Part shown: piece after piece, positions 10,186-20,120 of the stretch
Layout of the letters: every line of letters begins with the position of its first letter
How positions within the stretch are numbered: the first letter of the stretch is position 1
Assembly (NCBI GenBank): GCA_038227875.1
Contig: JBBRPR010000047.1
Span: 1-64,000, forward strand
Reading direction: 5' to 3'
DNA: 64,000 nucleotides
Source: Planctomycetota bacterium
GTDB taxonomy: Bacteria > Planctomycetota > SZUA-567 > H5-PLA8
Notes under the pieces: generated by a model
What the model saw: the letters and a program-made list of their open reading frames with translations, nothing else
Told to the model about the DNA's origin: nothing
The model's database searches: none
Made by a program: the position numbers and the translations under genes

Positions 10186-10219
10186 GGTGTCTAGTTCCTC
10201 ATGGGTTGTTTACACGATA

Positions 10220-10302
10220 GTTTCTCAATACGACACAAAGTATCGCTCAGAGAAACAAAGTCAATAGGGACTTTCGCATAAAAAGTTTCTTGTGGAGAAA
10301 CT
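10220..10302. promoter_or_regulatory. Three 17-bp palindromic operator-like sites (GTTTCT-N5-AGAAAC) overlapping a minus-strand promoter
   Basis: GTTTCTcaataCGACAC 10220-10236, GTATCGctcagAGAAAC 10240-10256, GTTTCTtgtggAGAAAC 10285-10301; TTGACT-N16-TACTTT on the minus strand at 10264-10237. Confidence 0.65.
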
Positions 10303-10306
10303 CCGA

Positions 10307-10885
10307 CTACTTTTGTTTCTCGGGTGGTTCTTCGATAAAGATGGCGAGGTAGCGGACTTCTTTTTTGCCCAGCGCGCGGGCGCTGTGGGGGAACTGCGGG
10401 TTGAAATAGAGCGCATCGCCGGGGCTTAAAACCACGGTTTCGTCGCCGACGGTGAATTCCATGCTGCCGGAGAGGATGAACATGAATTCATCGCCGCCAT
10501 GCTTGAAGGTTGCCGACTTGTCGGACGGCTTGATGGTCATCATGAACGGCTCGGCCTTTTTACCGGGCATGTCGAGCGCCAGCGCTTCGTACGCGTAGCC
10601 GAACTGCGAACCATCGCGGACGATCGGCACGCCCTTGCCTTTGCGCGTCAGCACGAAATTCGGCGCGGCCTTCGGTTCGGAGAAAAATTCGGCCAGCGAG
10701 ACGGACAGCGCCTGGCCGATGCGCAGAACCGTCGAGATCGGGGGCGAGATCTTGCCGGTCTCGATTTTCGAGAGCGTGCTCTTGGTCAGGTTGGCGGCCT
10801 GCGCCGTGTCCTCCAGCGTCATGCCTTTCTTCAGGCGCCAGTTGCGAATGTTGTCGCCGATCATTTTCTCATTCATAGGCGACAC
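10307..10885 (-). CDS. XRE-family HTH plus cupin transcriptional regulator
   Basis: IRNWRLKKGMTL..LSKIETGKISP; cupin HGGDEFMFILSG..PGDALYF..PH. Confidence 0.93.
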   Translation of the reverse strand: MSPMNEKMIGDNIRNWRLKKGMTLEDTAQAANLTKSTLSKIETGKISPPISTVLRIGQALSVSLAEFFSEPKAAPNFVLTRKGKGVPIVRDGSQFGYAYEALALDMPGKKAEPFMMTIKPSDKSATFKHGGDEFMFILSGSMEFTVGDETVVLSPGDALYFNPQFPHSARALGKKEVRYLAIFIEEPPEKQK

Positions 10886-10925
10886 ACTATAGTTTGGTGC
10901 CGTTTCATTTTCGACTGATGAAATT

Positions 10926-11717
10926 TCAGCGCTCTGGACCCACCAGAATGCGGTCCTGGTATTCTTTCTGAAGGCTGGGCGCCATCGTGTCGGTCTTCAC
11001 TCTGCGAATGTGTTCGGCGAGGCTTCGGGCGCATGTGTCGATCAGGGTGCGTCCGAGTTTCGCGTCGGCGCCGGTGGGATTTCCAGCGAAGTGCTCAGGG
11101 AAATCGGCGTACCAGAACATGCCGGTATGGATCGCGCCGAGATGCTTCAAGCGGTCGAGCTTCGTGGCCGGCAGCGTGAAATTCTCAAGCTTCACGGCGT
11201 GAGGCTGCACGGCGAGCACTTCGCTGGTCTCCGCCTTTCCGGCGTGGCCGTCGAGCGGCGTGTGGAAGACGTCCTGAATGTGCTGCGCGCGGTCCTTCAG
11301 GAACGGCGCGTAATAAAGAGTGTAGTCGCGCTGACGATCGAGCGAGGCGATGGCGAAATGCTGCAGGAAGGCGTTGTTGCCGCCGTGGCCATTGACGATC
11401 AGAATCTTGGTGAAGCCGTTGCGGTGGATTTCATCGCAGGTGAAATCGAGCAGCTCCCAGATCAGCCGCGGCGGCGCGGCGACCGTGCCGGGCGCGTGCT
11501 TGGCTTCCGCGATCTGCGTGAAGTAGTACGGTGGAAACACGACCACCGGTTCCAGCTCCGCCGCTTTTTCGCAGACGGCGCGGACGACGAACAGATCGGT
11601 GCCAAGCGGCAGATGATCGCCGTGCTTTTCCATCACGCCCAGCGGCAGCACACAGACGCCATCGCTGCGTTTCACTTCCGCGGGGAAATCGTGCGCTGTC
11701 AAATCTTCCCAATTCAT
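10926..11717 (-). CDS. Creatininase-family amidohydrolase
   Basis: LPLGVMEKHGDHLPLGTD; IVNGHGGN; HAGKAETS. Confidence 0.93.
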   Translation of the reverse strand: MNWEDLTAHDFPAEVKRSDGVCVLPLGVMEKHGDHLPLGTDLFVVRAVCEKAAELEPVVVFPPYYFTQIAEAKHAPGTVAAPPRLIWELLDFTCDEIHRNGFTKILIVNGHGGNNAFLQHFAIASLDRQRDYTLYYAPFLKDRAQHIQDVFHTPLDGHAGKAETSEVLAVQPHAVKLENFTLPATKLDRLKHLGAIHTGMFWYADFPEHFAGNPTGADAKLGRTLIDTCARSLAEHIRRVKTDTMAPSLQKEYQDRILVGPER

Positions 11718-11731
11718 CGTGATTCCTTTCC

Positions 11732-13186
11732 TTATGCGAAGACCGCCGGATATCCCGGAGGGGGAGAGAATCCGAGATCACCGCGCTTGATCACGGCCTC
11801 GCGTCCGCCGTTGAGCGCCAGCAGCTTGGCCTGTCGTGATTTCGCTCTCCGATCGACTTCTTCGGGATCGATCAGCGCGTACAAGCGTTCACGGCAGGTG
11901 CTGAGCGTGCGGGCGTGCTCGGGTTTCTCGGCGAGGTCGCGAAGCTCTTCGGGATCGGCTTCGAGATCGAACAGTTGCGGGCGGTACGCGGCATAGTGGA
12001 TGTACTTGAACTTCCCGTGCCGGATCATGAACGCGCCAGTCGTCGATCCCATGCCGTGGTATTCCGAGAGCACCGTGCGCTCGGGCTGCGCGCCATCGGC
12101 CAGCGCGAAGAGCGAATGGCCGGGCTGGCCGTCGTACATCTCTGGGCGGTCGGCGCCGACTCCTTGCATGATTGTAGGATAGACGTCGAGCAGACTCGCC
12201 GGCGTCGCGATGCGACGTCCGCTCGGCACGTCCGGGCCGCTCATGATCAACGGAATTCCGGCGGTTTCTTCGTACATCGTCGATTTACCCCATAGGCCGC
12301 GCGTGCCGAGGTTGTCGCCGTGGTCGCTGGTGTAGATCACGCGTGTTGAGTCGGCTAAGCCGGAGGCGTCGAGCGCGCGGAGCACCTTGCCGACGTTGTC
12401 GTCGACAAACGAGCACAGTCCGTAATAGGCCGCGATGGCCCGGCGCAGGCGTTGCGGGTCGAAGAACTTGTCGTAGCAGAAACTCGAGGCGTAATCGCGC
12501 AGGTACGGGTGGTCGGGGCGTTCGCCGGGCGCGTAGAGTTTCGGGATGGGCATCTGGTCGACGGGATACTTGTAGTAGAATTCCGGCGGCGCGATCAGCG
12601 GGAAGTGCGGACAGACGAACGAGACGAACAGCACCCACGGCTTGTCAGCGTGTTTCTGCGCTTCTTCGCGCAACCAGATCTGGGCGCGCGCGGCGATTTC
12701 GCGATCGTAGGCGGTGTACGGCGATTCGCCCGGACCGGCGAGCTTGGCGATCTTCCACGCCATGCCGCGCTCGGGAAGTTCTTCGCGAACGAGGCCCATC
12801 AGGTCGCCTTTACCTTCGACGATATGCATGGGAATGATTTCTTCGCTGAAGCCGTGGTCGTCGCCCGGCCGGCCGCGGAAGTGGAGCTTGCCGATCGAGA
12901 CGACGCGGTGGCCGTCGCCGCGCAGGCGGTGATGCCAGCTCGGCGTGGCTCCTTCGTACGCATCGGCGTTGTCCCAGTAGCCGATCTGGTGGAGATACTT
13001 GCCCGTCGCGAACGCCGCGCGAGCCGGCACGCAGACCGGGGAAGGGGTGTAGGCGCTGGTGAACGACGTGCCGCGCGCGGCCAGTGCGTCGAGGTTGGGC
13101 GTTTGGACGATGGGGTGGCCGTTGCAGCCGAGGATGCGCGGGTTGTGTTCGTCGGCCATGATCACGATCAGGTTGGCGGGTTTCAT
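11732..13186 (-). CDS. Formylglycine-dependent sulfatase (choline-sulfatase-like)
   Basis: Start reassigned to MKPANLIVIMADEH; TPNLD; SPVCVPARAAFATG (CxPxR); GKLH; YTSDHGD; GLWGK; QLFDLEADPEE. Confidence 0.93.
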   Translation of the reverse strand: MKPANLIVIMADEHNPRILGCNGHPIVQTPNLDALAARGTSFTSAYTPSPVCVPARAAFATGKYLHQIGYWDNADAYEGATPSWHHRLRGDGHRVVSIGKLHFRGRPGDDHGFSEEIIPMHIVEGKGDLMGLVREELPERGMAWKIAKLAGPGESPYTAYDREIAARAQIWLREEAQKHADKPWVLFVSFVCPHFPLIAPPEFYYKYPVDQMPIPKLYAPGERPDHPYLRDYASSFCYDKFFDPQRLRRAIAAYYGLCSFVDDNVGKVLRALDASGLADSTRVIYTSDHGDNLGTRGLWGKSTMYEETAGIPLIMSGPDVPSGRRIATPASLLDVYPTIMQGVGADRPEMYDGQPGHSLFALADGAQPERTVLSEYHGMGSTTGAFMIRHGKFKYIHYAAYRPQLFDLEADPEELRDLAEKPEHARTLSTCRERLYALIDPEEVDRRAKSRQAKLLALNGGREAVIKRGDLGFSPPPGYPAVFA

Positions 13187-13992
13187 TTGGAGGTCCTCAC
13201 CTTTAAAGGGGCGGCCGTGTCGCGGCCACCGTCGTCGCCCACGACCCATTGGCGCGGGTTGGGCGGAATGTAGAGCTGCTGAAAATAAACGGGCGTGCCG
13301 TCCGGCGCGGACGCGGAGATCGATAGCATTGCTCCGGTCGTGTGCGCCGGAAGTTCCAGTGCGAGACTGACGGCACGCGGGAAAAGCAGGACCTGCATGG
13401 ACTGTGAAAAGCGCAGCGAGGGGATGCGGAATTCGCGCGCGAGGATCCGCTTGAAGTTTGCGCTTTCGAGTTGCTTGAGCGGGCGGAGCATCAGCGCTCC
13501 GAAGCGGCCCGCGTCGGCGAAGAACTTGCTGAAGACGGAAAATTCTCCGTTGATCTCGATGCTGCGGTCGATGCGCAGGTAGCCGGAGTCCGGATGGCCG
13601 AGGTGTTTGGACCACGGTTTGGATTCCCGTACGCGTTCGCGCCGCAGGATTTTGGGGAAGACGGGCAGTTGCGTTCCGTCGTCGCCGAGGAAGCGGCAAT
13701 GCCACGGACCTTCGAGCGCCTGGCGCGGCGGCGCGACAAACGTGCCGCTGCGCTGGCGGCGGACGACGAGTCCTTCATCGACGAGCTTGCGCAAGGCGCG
13801 CTGGACGGTGCCGAGGCTGAAAGGGAGGGCTTGGGCGAGTGCGGCTTCGGTCGGGAGCCGTTCGCCGGGTCCCCACTCGCCGGTGGCGACGGCGGAGGTC
13901 ATCGCCGCGGAGAGCAGTTCGTACTTGGGGGCTCCCGGCTGGTGCGGCGCGGCGGCCAGGGTGCGAAGGGCAGGTGGAATGCGGATCTTCAT
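13183..13992 (-). CDS. GntR-family (HutC-like) transcriptional regulator
   Basis: GERLPTEAALA..SLGTVQRAL..LV.EGLV.RR..GTFV; GGAG RBS upstream of ATG 13992. Confidence 0.88.
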   Translation of the reverse strand: MKIRIPPALRTLAAAPHQPGAPKYELLSAAMTSAVATGEWGPGERLPTEAALAQALPFSLGTVQRALRKLVDEGLVVRRQRSGTFVAPPRQALEGPWHCRFLGDDGTQLPVFPKILRRERVRESKPWSKHLGHPDSGYLRIDRSIEINGEFSVFSKFFADAGRFGALMLRPLKQLESANFKRILAREFRIPSLRFSQSMQVLLFPRAVSLALELPAHTTGAMLSISASAPDGTPVYFQQLYIPPNPRQWVVGDDGGRDTAAPLKVRTSK

Positions 13993-14010
13993 GTTCAATG
14001 CTCCAATTTA

Positions 14011-14026
14011 AATACTATATAGTATT
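14011..14026. promoter_or_regulatory. Perfect 16-bp AT-rich palindrome upstream of gntR (candidate operator)
   Basis: AATACTATATAGTATT. Confidence 0.5.
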
Positions 14027-14307
14027 AATAATATAATATGGAGTAAATGCAAGATGTATCTTGAGTCTCGGGCAAGGACGAAAAGAGCGGCGAGTGAGGT
14101 TGAGTTCTCCGGGTGGCACTCTGACTTGGGATTGTGAGGGAAATGTGGGGATTTTCCGGGCAGCCTCGCTCCAGGGAGAAGGGAGTGGGATCGCGGACGC
14201 GGCTTGATTCTTCTTTTGAAGGCCGTTAGCCTGATGGATTCGTGGCATGACAATTACTCAACTGCGAATCGGGCGACACGGGAGCGCGGCTTAGCGGCTG
14301 CTGACGC

Positions 14308-15459
14308 ATGAAAAATCTCTGCATTCTGGGTAGTACCGGGTCCATCGGCGTCAGCACCTTGCGCGTCGTGGCTCAATTTCCGGAGAAGTTCCGGGTGCGG
14401 AGTTTGACGGCGGGAAGCAACATCAAGCAGCTGGCCGAGCAGGTTCAGACTTTCAAGCCCGCGCGCGTGGGCATCGCCAACAAAGCGCTGATTCCAGAAT
14501 TCAAAACGCTGCTCAATGGCAGCTGGAAGGGCGACGTCGTCGGCGGGCCCGACGGTCTGGCGGAACTGGCGGCGGAACGCGAGAGCGATTACGTCGTCTC
14601 GGCCATCGTCGGCGCGACGGGATTGCTCCCGACGCTGGCGGCCTTGAAGAAGGGCAAGCAGGTCGGCATCGCCAACAAGGAACCGTTGGTGATGGCTGGA
14701 CCGCTGATGCTGAAAGCGGCTTTGGATTCCAAGGCCACCATACTGCCGATAGACAGTGAACACTGCGCGGTCTTCCAGTCGGCTCACGCCGGCACCAAGA
14801 AAGAGATCCGCCGCGTGATCCTGACAGCGTCCGGCGGGCCGTTCCGGACGTCTTCTCTGGAGACGATGAAGAACGCGACGCGGGAACAGGCATTGAAGCA
14901 CCCGACGTGGGCGATGGGGGCAAAAATCACCATCGATTCGGCTACGCTAATGAATAAAGCGCTGGAAATTATTGAGGCGCACTTCCTTTTCAACGTCCCT
15001 TATAGTGGCATCGAGGTCTGGGTGCATCCGCAGTCGATCGTTCACGCCCTGGTGGAGTTCACCGACCGTTCCATGATCGCTCAGCTGGGCCTTCCCGACA
15101 TGCGGTTGCCGATCCAGTACGCGTTGACCTACCCGGAACGGCTGGATGGCGCGCTGCCGGAACTGCCGTTGGAGAAGATGGCGTCGCTGACCTTCGAAGC
15201 GCCCGATCACACGCGCTTTCCGACCTTGGGCTATGCCTACGACGCGGGCAAACGCGGCGGCACGGCGCCGGCGGTGCTCAACGCGGCCAACGAGGCGGCG
15301 GTGGCGTTATTTCTAGAGGGAAAAACACGCTTCTGTGGTATCTTCGACTTGGTCGGCGCGGCACTCGCCGCTCATACGGTTCAGCCGGTCGAAAACCTGG
15401 AAACGGTACTGGAAGCGGACCGCTGGGCGCGGGAGTTTGTGAACAGCGCGGCACGCTGA
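14308..15459 (+). CDS. dxr: 1-deoxy-D-xylulose 5-phosphate reductoisomerase
   Basis: ILGSTGSIG; ANKE; PIDSEH; LTASGGPF; HPTWAMGAKITIDSATLMNK; PDMRLPI; NAANE. Confidence 0.98.
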   Translation: MKNLCILGSTGSIGVSTLRVVAQFPEKFRVRSLTAGSNIKQLAEQVQTFKPARVGIANKALIPEFKTLLNGSWKGDVVGGPDGLAELAAERESDYVVSAIVGATGLLPTLAALKKGKQVGIANKEPLVMAGPLMLKAALDSKATILPIDSEHCAVFQSAHAGTKKEIRRVILTASGGPFRTSSLETMKNATREQALKHPTWAMGAKITIDSATLMNKALEIIEAHFLFNVPYSGIEVWVHPQSIVHALVEFTDRSMIAQLGLPDMRLPIQYALTYPERLDGALPELPLEKMASLTFEAPDHTRFPTLGYAYDAGKRGGTAPAVLNAANEAAVALFLEGKTRFCGIFDLVGAALAAHTVQPVENLETVLEADRWAREFVNSAAR

Positions 15460-15577
15460 CGGGAACACAGGGGAAGTCGAAACGTTGAGTTTTGAAATTG
15501 GAATTCGGGAATAGCCAACGGCGTACTGCAGTATGAAGAGGTGGGGCGGGAACGGGCACTTGAGTTAGAGGCTTTGC

Positions 15578-17215
15578 ATGTTTGAGTTTTTAGCGGGATG
15601 GGCCGGGCTGATTCTGGGGTTTTCCGGCCTGATCTTTATTCATGAGCTGGGCCATTTCACGCTGGCGAAATGGAATGGCGTGCGGGTGTATGTGTTTTCG
15701 CTGGGCATGGGGCCGTATCTCTTTTCGTTCACCCATAACGGCACAGTCTATGCGCTATCCCTGATTCCCATCGGCGGGTACGTGAAGTTAATGGGGCAGG
15801 ACGACCTGAATCCAGCCGCCGGCGCCACCCCTGATCCGCACGACTACCGCAACAAGCGCGCCGGGCAGAAGGCGGCGATTCTCGCGGCGGGGGCGGGATT
15901 CAACATCATCCTGACCATCGCGATTTTCACGGTCTGTTACTTCGTCGGCATGGACATGGATGTCGCGTCGGTCGGCAACATCACGCCGGATTCGGCGCTG
16001 GCCGATGCGATTGTGAAGACACCCAACGGCGATCAGCCGGCGGGGTTGACGGAAGGCACGAAGATCCTCGCGGTCAACGGCATTCCGGTGAAGAACCAGT
16101 TCGAAGCGATGCTGCAAGTCTCGGGGAAATCGGAAGACAACTACATCATTCTCCACGTCGACCGTGCGCCGCCGATGGACCTGGTTTACGTGAAGCCGAA
16201 GAAGGACAAGACGCTCGGCGCGACGGGGATCGGGCTTACACCGTATTCGGCGCGTGAGAATTACTACCTCGGCTTTTCCGCCAAGGAAAACGTCTACGCA
16301 GCGGGTTTCGCTGATAACAGCGTGGCTCAGAAGGCGGGACTGAAAACCAACGACATCATCAAACGCATCAATGGCGTCGCGATTTCGCGGAAGGATGAAC
16401 TGATCAACATCGTCCGCGGTTCCAAGGGTGCCAAGCTGGATTTCGAAGTCGACAGCGGAAACAAGGAAGGCACGACAGTCTCAATCACGCCGGCGGTCAA
16501 CGAGAAGACCGGCGCATATCAAGTGGGCGTAATGTCGGGTGAAATTTTTCGCGTCACGCAGGTCGACGAGACGTCCATGGCGGCCAAGAAGGGGCTGAAG
16601 GTTGGCGACTACTTCATCGGTTTTCAGCCGACGGATTTGCATTGGAACGCGGCGGGCACGCGTCAGGTTTTCACCAAGGGCACGCTGGTCTGGAAGCACA
16701 ACATTTTCGACGACAAGGAAGTCCGGCAGGAAGCCGAATTGAGCGGACTATCGACAGAACCTTCGGGGCTGTTTGTCGTGCAGGAAAGTTCGCGGCTCTA
16801 CCCGTACAAAGCTGAAGGCGGATTCTGGGACGCGCTTTCGGTGGCGTGGACGGACACGTACCATTTTGGCAGCAGCGTTTTCACGGTGGTGCGCGGGATG
16901 TTCACCGGCGACGTCGGACCCGGCGCAATCTCCGGACCGGGCGGCATCGCCAAGGCTATGTATCACGTGGCGAGCAGCTCGGCGTTCGTGAAATTTCTGT
17001 GGTTCCTGGGCTTCATTTCGTTGAACTTGGGTGTAATGCAGTTCATCCCAATTCCGTTATTGGATGGCTGGCATCTGCTCATGGTGGCGGTGGAAAAACT
17101 AAAAGGCAGCCCTGTGGCCCCGAAAATCCTTGAGATATCACAGGTTATAGGAATTGTTATTGTCGGTTCACTTCTGCTGTACGCGACGTATAATGACTTC
17201 TTAAGGAAGATGTAA
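15578..17215 (+). CDS. rseP: RIP metalloprotease RseP (M50, PDZ domains)
   Basis: HELGH; LIPIGGYVKL; PDZ-like GLKTNDIIKRING; PIPLLDG; follows dxr. Confidence 0.93.
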   Translation: MFEFLAGWAGLILGFSGLIFIHELGHFTLAKWNGVRVYVFSLGMGPYLFSFTHNGTVYALSLIPIGGYVKLMGQDDLNPAAGATPDPHDYRNKRAGQKAAILAAGAGFNIILTIAIFTVCYFVGMDMDVASVGNITPDSALADAIVKTPNGDQPAGLTEGTKILAVNGIPVKNQFEAMLQVSGKSEDNYIILHVDRAPPMDLVYVKPKKDKTLGATGIGLTPYSARENYYLGFSAKENVYAAGFADNSVAQKAGLKTNDIIKRINGVAISRKDELINIVRGSKGAKLDFEVDSGNKEGTTVSITPAVNEKTGAYQVGVMSGEIFRVTQVDETSMAAKKGLKVGDYFIGFQPTDLHWNAAGTRQVFTKGTLVWKHNIFDDKEVRQEAELSGLSTEPSGLFVVQESSRLYPYKAEGGFWDALSVAWTDTYHFGSSVFTVVRGMFTGDVGPGAISGPGGIAKAMYHVASSSAFVKFLWFLGFISLNLGVMQFIPIPLLDGWHLLMVAVEKLKGSPVAPKILEISQVIGIVIVGSLLLYATYNDFLRKM

Positions 17216-17276
17216 CGAGCGATCATGCATTGAAGCTCAACAGCTTCTGGTGGGGGCTGGTAAAGGGATTTACAGC

Positions 17277-18719
17277 GTGGCAGCACCAAATACGTACTCG
17301 ATTGTTTTGCTGGGACGCTACGCGGGCAAAGACCGCGCGGTGGCGCAATCGCTGGCGCGTCTGTTTGGGCGCGACGACGCGTGGGGTTTGCAGGTCGTCG
17401 GCGCCTCACCGATTGTGCTGATGCACAACCTGCTGCCTGAGCAATCGGAAGCGATTCTCGCGGCGATGGGCGAAGCAGAAATGGCCGGCTGCCAGCTGGA
17501 AATTCAGCCCGGCGTGGACGAAGGTCTGCCGAAACTCGGCTGGCCCGCGCCGCCGCGGATCCGCGGGAAGTTGATCGCGGAATTCACGACCTCGCCCATT
17601 CCTTTCGCGCAGCCGATGCAGGCAGGCCAGAATGTCAACGGTCCGGGCGCTCAGATTATGCAGCCCACCGCCGTGCCCAATCCAGTGCAGACGCAGGGCA
17701 CGACGGTCAACCTGGTGGTGCCCTGTCCGTACACCGGTCAGAAGATGAAACTGGCGATCACGCTGCACGTCACGCGCGCGGAAGGCGGCGGAACGTCGAT
17801 GAATGTCAGCGCGTCGGCGACGCAGCATGGCGCGCCGAGCGTCCAGATGACGGCTCCGGCGTACAACGTGCCGCAGCCCAACCCGTCGCGCCCGCCATCG
17901 CGGCCGAATGTGCTTCCCGCGGCCTACGGTGGAATCAACACGCCGCTCTCGAACCCGGCCGTGCGCACGCCGGCGCATCCCAATTCGCCCCCGATGCAGC
18001 AACCGCAGCCCCATTCGCATCAGACTCATCCGCAGCAGCCTCACATTCAGCAACCGATGCAGCCGATGCGGCAGCCCGCGCCTTCGGCGCCTCGCGCGCC
18101 TGTGCCGCCGTCGGTGCAGGACGGATATCCGGTCATGGAAGACATGGAGCAGTTGATTCCGCTGCCGGACGTGCCGGCCGCGCCGCCTGCTCGTCCGCCG
18201 CAGCGCCGCTCGCCGGCGTCTCCGCGCCCGATTCCGACGGCAGCTCAGGCCGGTCCGCCAGCGCCGCCCAGCAGCATCATTCCGCTGCCAGACGTGCCGG
18301 TGATCCATGGGCCCAACGGCCATTCGCCGGCGGCGCCGCCGAGTTCGTCGAACATGCCGATGGTCGCGCCGATGCCATCCGATCCGATGAGCGCGCCGAT
18401 GGATCTCGACGCGTTTGAAGCGAAGGTCAGCGCCAGCGGGATCATGCGCGCGGTCAGTCCCGATGCGGAAGTCTTCGACGACCAGAACGGCAATGGCGAC
18501 GACGGTTCGATCTGCTCGGTCTTCATGGGCAAGACCAACAACGCGCGCGTTCATCAGCTCGTGGCGGAACTGCACGGCATCTCCGTCGCGGAAGCAACGC
18601 GCTACTGCCAGAAGCCGATCGTAGCACTGGCGAAGGAAGTGACGTCGGGCGACGCGGCGGATATTCGCCAGCGCTTCGCGGCATTGAACGTCAACGTGCG
18701 CATCACGAAAAAGAAGTAA
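17277..18719 (+). CDS. Pro/Gln-rich protein with terminal ribosomal L7/L12-CTD-like domains
   Basis: GTG start after AAGGGA; long low-complexity centre; C-terminus GISVAEATRYCQKPIVALAKEVTSGDAADIRQRF resembles the L7/L12 CTD pattern. Confidence 0.65.
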   Translation: MAAPNTYSIVLLGRYAGKDRAVAQSLARLFGRDDAWGLQVVGASPIVLMHNLLPEQSEAILAAMGEAEMAGCQLEIQPGVDEGLPKLGWPAPPRIRGKLIAEFTTSPIPFAQPMQAGQNVNGPGAQIMQPTAVPNPVQTQGTTVNLVVPCPYTGQKMKLAITLHVTRAEGGGTSMNVSASATQHGAPSVQMTAPAYNVPQPNPSRPPSRPNVLPAAYGGINTPLSNPAVRTPAHPNSPPMQQPQPHSHQTHPQQPHIQQPMQPMRQPAPSAPRAPVPPSVQDGYPVMEDMEQLIPLPDVPAAPPARPPQRRSPASPRPIPTAAQAGPPAPPSSIIPLPDVPVIHGPNGHSPAAPPSSSNMPMVAPMPSDPMSAPMDLDAFEAKVSASGIMRAVSPDAEVFDDQNGNGDDGSICSVFMGKTNNARVHQLVAELHGISVAEATRYCQKPIVALAKEVTSGDAADIRQRFAALNVNVRITKKK

Positions 18720-18767
18720 GCACCAAACCAAAACCGAAGTCGCTCGCCTCTCGATCAACGAGTCTTT

Positions 18768-20120
18768 ATGGCCGAACGCAGCGCACTCCGTCAGGCCGGT
18801 AATCAACTGATTCGCACGCTGCTCTGGCCGGTGCAGACGCTTTCGCGCGTGACACCGGCCGGCGGTTGGTTCCTGGCGCTGGCGGTGATCTGCGGCCTGA
18901 CCTCGATGACCACCGACAAGCCCAATGTGCCGCTACTGGTCAGCCTGGTGCTGCTGTCGCTGTGGTTTCTGGCGCTGTGGCACGGCACCCGGGCGCTCAA
19001 GCGCATCCAGTTCCGCCGGCATTGCACCGAACGCATTTTCGCCAGCGAACCGCTGCATGTGACGGTGCTGCTGACCAACGCGTCGCGGCTCCCGACGGCG
19101 GGGCTGATGATCTCCGAGCAGCTCGAACCGGAACCTGCGCCAGACGATGAAACGCCCTCGGCCGGAACCTCACCGCGGCAGAATGCGCGGCAGCCGCTGG
19201 CCATCGCGCGCGCCGGGACGTTCGTGACGATGGTCGCGGGCAAGGAGCAGCAGAGAGCCAGCTACACCGTCTCGATCCGGCGGCGCGGGATTTACCGCTT
19301 CAGCGACACCACGCTGGAGACGGTTTTTCCTCTGGGATTTTTTCACACCGCGCTGGTGCGGCGCTCCCCGGGGCGCGTGATTGTTTACCCGCGGCTGGGC
19401 GACGTCGATACCTCGTTCTTCAAGGAGCTGGAGCAGTCGCTGCAGTTTATCCGGCGCGCACGTCCGTCGCGGGCTGAGGAGGATTTCCGTTCGCTGCGCG
19501 AATACCGCGAAGGCGACAACCCCAAGTGGATCCATTGGCGCAGCACGGCGCGCATGCAGAAAATGCTGGTCAAGGAATACGAAGAGCCGCAGGCCAAGCG
19601 CGTGGTGATGCTGATCGATACGAATTTGCAGCGCTTGGGCGCGCAGCGCTTCGCGTCGTTTGAGCTGGCGCTTTCGTTTGCCGGAACGGTGGCGCGGGAG
19701 CTGCTGCGTCGCGGGTGCGAAGTGCAGTGCGCGGCGTTGCAGCCAAAAGGCAAGATCGCGCGGACGCTGGTCAGCCGCGAGCGGCGGAACCTCGACGTGC
19801 TGCTGGAGATGCTCGCGGGTTTGCGCCGGGACGACACGCGGACGCTTTCCGACATGAAGGAATTCATGCCGCGGGTGCAGTTGCGCAACGCTTACGTGCT
19901 GGTGCTGGGCCTGGGTTCGCTGCGCGCCAAGGCAAATTTCACGTGGCTGAATGCCAACGATAACGCGGTGAAAATGTTCGACGCGCGCGGCGATGAATTC
20001 CGCCAGATTTTCCGGCGCGGCACGTCCGGTTCTCGCGACGACATTCCTGACGAAGACCTGCTGGGCCTGGGCGACGAAGAGAGCGCCGAGGAAGAATTGG
20101 CCAGTCTGGGGACGGCCTGA
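18768..20120 (+). CDS. DUF58 domain protein
   Basis: FRSLREYREGDNPKWIHWRSTAR; LVKEYE; RRRGIY; FPLGFF; VYP. Confidence 0.92.
   Translation: MAERSALRQAGNQLIRTLLWPVQTLSRVTPAGGWFLALAVICGLTSMTTDKPNVPLLVSLVLLSLWFLALWHGTRALKRIQFRRHCTERIFASEPLHVTVLLTNASRLPTAGLMISEQLEPEPAPDDETPSAGTSPRQNARQPLAIARAGTFVTMVAGKEQQRASYTVSIRRRGIYRFSDTTLETVFPLGFFHTALVRRSPGRVIVYPRLGDVDTSFFKELEQSLQFIRRARPSRAEEDFRSLREYREGDNPKWIHWRSTARMQKMLVKEYEEPQAKRVVMLIDTNLQRLGAQRFASFELALSFAGTVARELLRRGCEVQCAALQPKGKIARTLVSRERRNLDVLLEMLAGLRRDDTRTLSDMKEFMPRVQLRNAYVLVLGLGSLRAKANFTWLNANDNAVKMFDARGDEFRQIFRRGTSGSRDDIPDEDLLGLGDEESAEEELASLGTA

Noticed and set aside
8276..13705. Long N-terminal extensions on the dehydrogenase (to 9865) and sulfatase (to 13705) ORFs
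   Set aside because: They overlap upstream genes in another frame; ATGA-coupled starts at 9244 and 13186 fit better
17030..17070. RseP motif QFIPIPLLDG instead of NLLPIPxLDG as a sign of inactivation
   Set aside because: HExxH and the LDG aspartate are intact, so there is no support for loss of function
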